Positions 63,557 through 64,000 of a DNA stretch of 64,000 nt are shown in pieces (positions within the stretch are counted from its first letter, which is position 1; each line of letters starts with the position of its first letter). A program made the translations under genes and the position numbers. Origin of the DNA: Lama glama (lineage: Eukaryota); NCBI GenBank assembly GCA_028534125.1, contig CM052817.1, positions 36,830,001-36,894,000 of the forward strand, given 5' to 3'. The notes below the pieces were generated by a model. That model worked only from the letters and a program-made list of their open reading frames with translations, did not search any database and had not been told where the DNA came from.

Positions 63557-64000
63557 ATGTCATTTCCACACTGTGAAACTTTTAAGAAGATTCTTCCATA
63601 TTTGCAACAAATTCAGGATCTGACAATTTGGTTATTATTCAGTCATTTTTTCAAGACTTTGCTTTTCTCTATCTAAATGAAGGGGTACCTCCCCATGACA
63701 CCAATGTCCCCACCAAAGTGTGGAGTCAAAACAGATGGACAGGATAAATCAGTAATATTAAATGTTTCCTGACTCCTTGCGGCCATAGGAAATCAGGTCA
63801 ACAAGTGTTAGCAAAACACTGTTGAAACAAGGTACGTCCATGTCATCTGGTCAGTCAGCTCCTTGAAGTCAGTGTCATGCAATTGCTTTCTTGTTCTTCT
63901 CTGTTCCCATGGTATGTTGTAGTCATTCCCCGAATCTGACCAAAGCATCTGTTTCCCATCCTCCACAGTGTACTTCTACCGGGAATTACCGTTTTTACTT

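Noticed and set aside
30000..64000. Hidden SCPP/SIBLING-type signal-peptide exon or DMP1 exons
   Set aside because: I found no ATG-hydrophobic-phase-0-donor exon or acidic Ser-rich ORF by eye; very short exons could have been missed.

Overview
Mammalian genomic DNA, probably camelid, judged from tRNA-derived Vic-1-like SINEs and camelid-type L1 3' ends. It lies in the SIBLING/SCPP bone-tooth gene cluster. The minus strand carries the complete IBSP (bone sialoprotein) gene: 7 exons, 318-aa product, all coding introns phase 0, RGD present, inverted TATA/CCAAT promoter. Downstream, also on the minus strand, are the promoter, exon 1 and signal-peptide exon 2 of MEPE; the rest of MEPE lies left of the window. 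The remainder is intergenic and rich in SINE, LINE, LTR and DNA-transposon fossils, including a hAT transposase relic. The most unusual structure is a three-layer nested insertion at about 40.2-41.4 kb: an old L1 holds an RPL23 processed pseudogene, which is itself split by a younger L1 3' end carrying an apparent 3' transduction polyadenylated at a MIR-derived ATTAAA. I found no new protein-coding gene or novel multi-gene system; most ORF-track entries are spurious. Repeat family names and cross-species comparisons come from my recall of consensus sequences, not from searches.
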